A stretch of DNA of 64,000 nucleotides from positions 672,001 through 736,000 of the forward strand of contig JAXGMI010000001.1 in NCBI GenBank assembly GCA_040768745.1, read 5' to 3'. Under the pieces are notes generated by a model that saw nothing but the letters and a program-made list of their open reading frames with translations, searched no databases and was not told the DNA's origin. Shown here one piece after another: positions 62,482-64,000 of the stretch; position 1 is the stretch's first letter; each line of letters begins with the position of its first letter. The stretch comes from Desulfomicrobium sp. (GTDB lineage Bacteria > Desulfobacterota > Desulfovibrionia > Desulfovibrionales > Desulfomicrobiaceae). The position numbers were made by a program, and so were the translations under genes.

Positions 62482-64000
62482 GGGTGCACCTCGCCCACTG
62501 GCAACAGGAGGGTGAACACCGTGCCCTGGCCCACCCGGCTTTCCACCTTGACCTCGCCGCCGTGGGCCTCGATGATGCGGTGCACGATGGCCAGACCCAG
62601 GCCCGTGCCCGAAGTCTTGGTGGTGAAATAGGGATTGAAGATGCCCGGCAGGAGGTCCTCCGGCATGCCGCAGCCTGTGTCCGCGATGCGCAGGGCGATC
62701 CGGCCCTGCTCCAGCACCGCGGTGATATGCAGGACGCCGCCCGGGTCCATGGCCTGCACGGCGTTGAGGAACAGATTGAGCAGGGCCTGGGTCAGGCGCT
62801 CCGCGTCCAGCAGTGCATGCGGCAAGGCCTTGTCCGGGGTGAACACCACGCGGATGCCCTTGGCCTCGGTATCGGCCCGGATCAACCGCAGCGCCCGCTC
62901 CACCAGCTGGTTCACGTCCACGTCCTTGCGCTGCATCCGAGCCGGCCGGGCAAACTCCAGCAGCTCCGTGACCACCCGGTTCAACCGGTCCGTTTCCTGG
63001 ACCATGGCCCTGGCCGCTTCCTGATCCTGCCCCTGGACCTTGCCGGAAAGGTAGGTGGCGAACCCCTTGATGGAACTCAAGGGATTTCTGATCTCGTGGG
63101 CCACTCCCGCAGCCAGGCTGCCCAGGGCCGTGAGCCGCTCGTTGCGCCGGACCTGTTCCTGCAGGCGGCGCAGTTCGCCCAGGTCGCGCAACAGGAAAAG
63201 ATGTCCCAGGAACTGGCCGTCGGTGTTCACGATCCGGGAGAGGCTAAGGCTGACGGGAACAGTGCCCCCCTCGCGACTATCCAGGGTCGCCTCCCGTTCC
63301 AGCACGGCATCCGCGGCGGCCAGATCAGCGGTGAATGCGGACCAGTCCAATCCACCCAGGGCCTGCAGATCCGAGCCGGACAGGTCCTCGCCCCCGCGGC
63401 CCAGCAGGCGGGCTGCCATGGCGTTGGCCAGGACGACCCGGCCTTCGGGGTCCGTGGTCAGCAATCCCAAAGGCAGGCAGGTCACCACTTCCGAGGCAAA
63501 GGCCTGGGTGTCCCGCAACAGTCGGCTGGAAAGACGGTAATGCTGGGCCCAGAACAGGGCCGCGAACCCGCCCAGCCCCATGAGTACGACCAAGGACGCG
63601 ATGATGGCGCTGTTGCGGAGTTCATTGGCCATGGCCCCGTCCAGGGATGCTGCGTCCAGCCCCACGAAGATGACCGCATCGTCCAGCCCGGACTCGCGCG
63701 CACTGGCCCCTTCCGGCCCCGGCCCGCCCCCGCGGTGCCCCCCCGCAGGGGCGCACCACATGGAGCGCCCCACCCCGGGCAGGGGTGAGAAATTTTTATA
63801 CACCTCAAAGACCTTGCCCCCGCCCGGCATGGTCCGGAAATGCCCTCCTTGCCCGGCCTGCGCAGCAAGGGCGGCCATGGGGCCAGGATCATGCAGGTTC
63901 GACCCTATCCGGTCGGGGTCGTTATGGGCCAGAATCCTGCCGCTCCCGTCGGTCACCGCCAGATAGACGATTCCGTTCTGCTTGGCCGTCTCCTCCACCA
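62478..64000 (-). CDS. Sensor histidine kinase (ZraS-like), 5' end outside window
   Basis: TM, PAS, H-box AAGVAHEIRNPLSSIKG, LNLFLNA, DTGCG, FTTK..GTGLGL. Confidence 0.92.
   Translation of the reverse strand, partial: VEETAKQNGIVYLAVTDGSGRILAHNDPDRIGSNLHDPGPMAALAAQAGQGGHFRTMPGGGKVFEVYKNFSPLPGVGRSMWCAPAGGHRGGGPGPEGASARESGLDDAVIFVGLDAASLDGAMANELRNSAIIASLVVLMGLGGFAALFWAQHYRLSSRLLRDTQAFASEVVTCLPLGLLTTDPEGRVVLANAMAARLLGRGGEDLSGSDLQALGGLDWSAFTADLAAADAVLEREATLDSREGGTVPVSLSLSRIVNTDGQFLGHLFLLRDLGELRRLQEQVRRNERLTALGSLAAGVAHEIRNPLSSIKGFATYLSGKVQGQDQEAARAMVQETDRLNRVVTELLEFARPARMQRKDVDVNQLVERALRLIRADTEAKGIRVVFTPDKALPHALLDAERLTQALLNLFLNAVQAMDPGGVLHITAVLEQGRIALRIADTGCGMPEDLLPGIFNPYFTTKTSGTGLGLAIVHRIIEAHGGEVKVESRVGQGTVFTLLLPVGEVHP

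Overview
Chromosomal window from a GC-rich sulfate-reducing deltaproteobacterium (Desulfovibrionales/Desulfomicrobium-like gene content; taxon is inference). Housekeeping flanks: carB, thiC with TPP riboswitch, pdxST, codA on the left; glmS, rdgB, mobB, hisS-aspS-def-fmt, pyrKD, recN, nfo, nagZ and a ZraSR-like two-component system on the right; tRNA-Thr(CGT) and tRNA-Ala(GGC). Between tRNA-Thr and glmS (about 13.5-32.8 kb) lies a mosaic, partly AT-rich metabolic island. It holds a sigma54-controlled sulfolactate sulfo-lyase-like pair (suyAB), a tripartite tricarboxylate transporter, and a convergent sigma54-controlled glycyl radical enzyme (GRE) operon (GRE, activase, ErpA/HesB-like gene) with its own PAS-AAA+ activator. 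The GRE can be rebuilt in silico to an intact 812-aa protein with a non-canonical Cys loop (NFGCVGTG, no Glu), and is the best candidate here for undescribed chemistry. The island is being dismantled by a recent IS expansion: four near-identical IS3-family copies with 4-bp target duplications and an atypical 5'-TC end, two IS1182-family copies that duplicate whole hairpin targets (16 and 29 bp), an IS1634 at a deletion junction, and IS5 and IS407-group remnants. Other items of note: an S24 repressor with a candidate ATTAAC-N4-GTTAAT operator before itself and before a 52-aa Zn-ribbon gene missing from the ORF track, next to an orphan umuD; a CX5R phosphatase/ADP-ribosylglycohydrolase fusion; and an NdvA/ChvA-like exporter. 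All assignments come from reading motifs by eye; no database searches were run.
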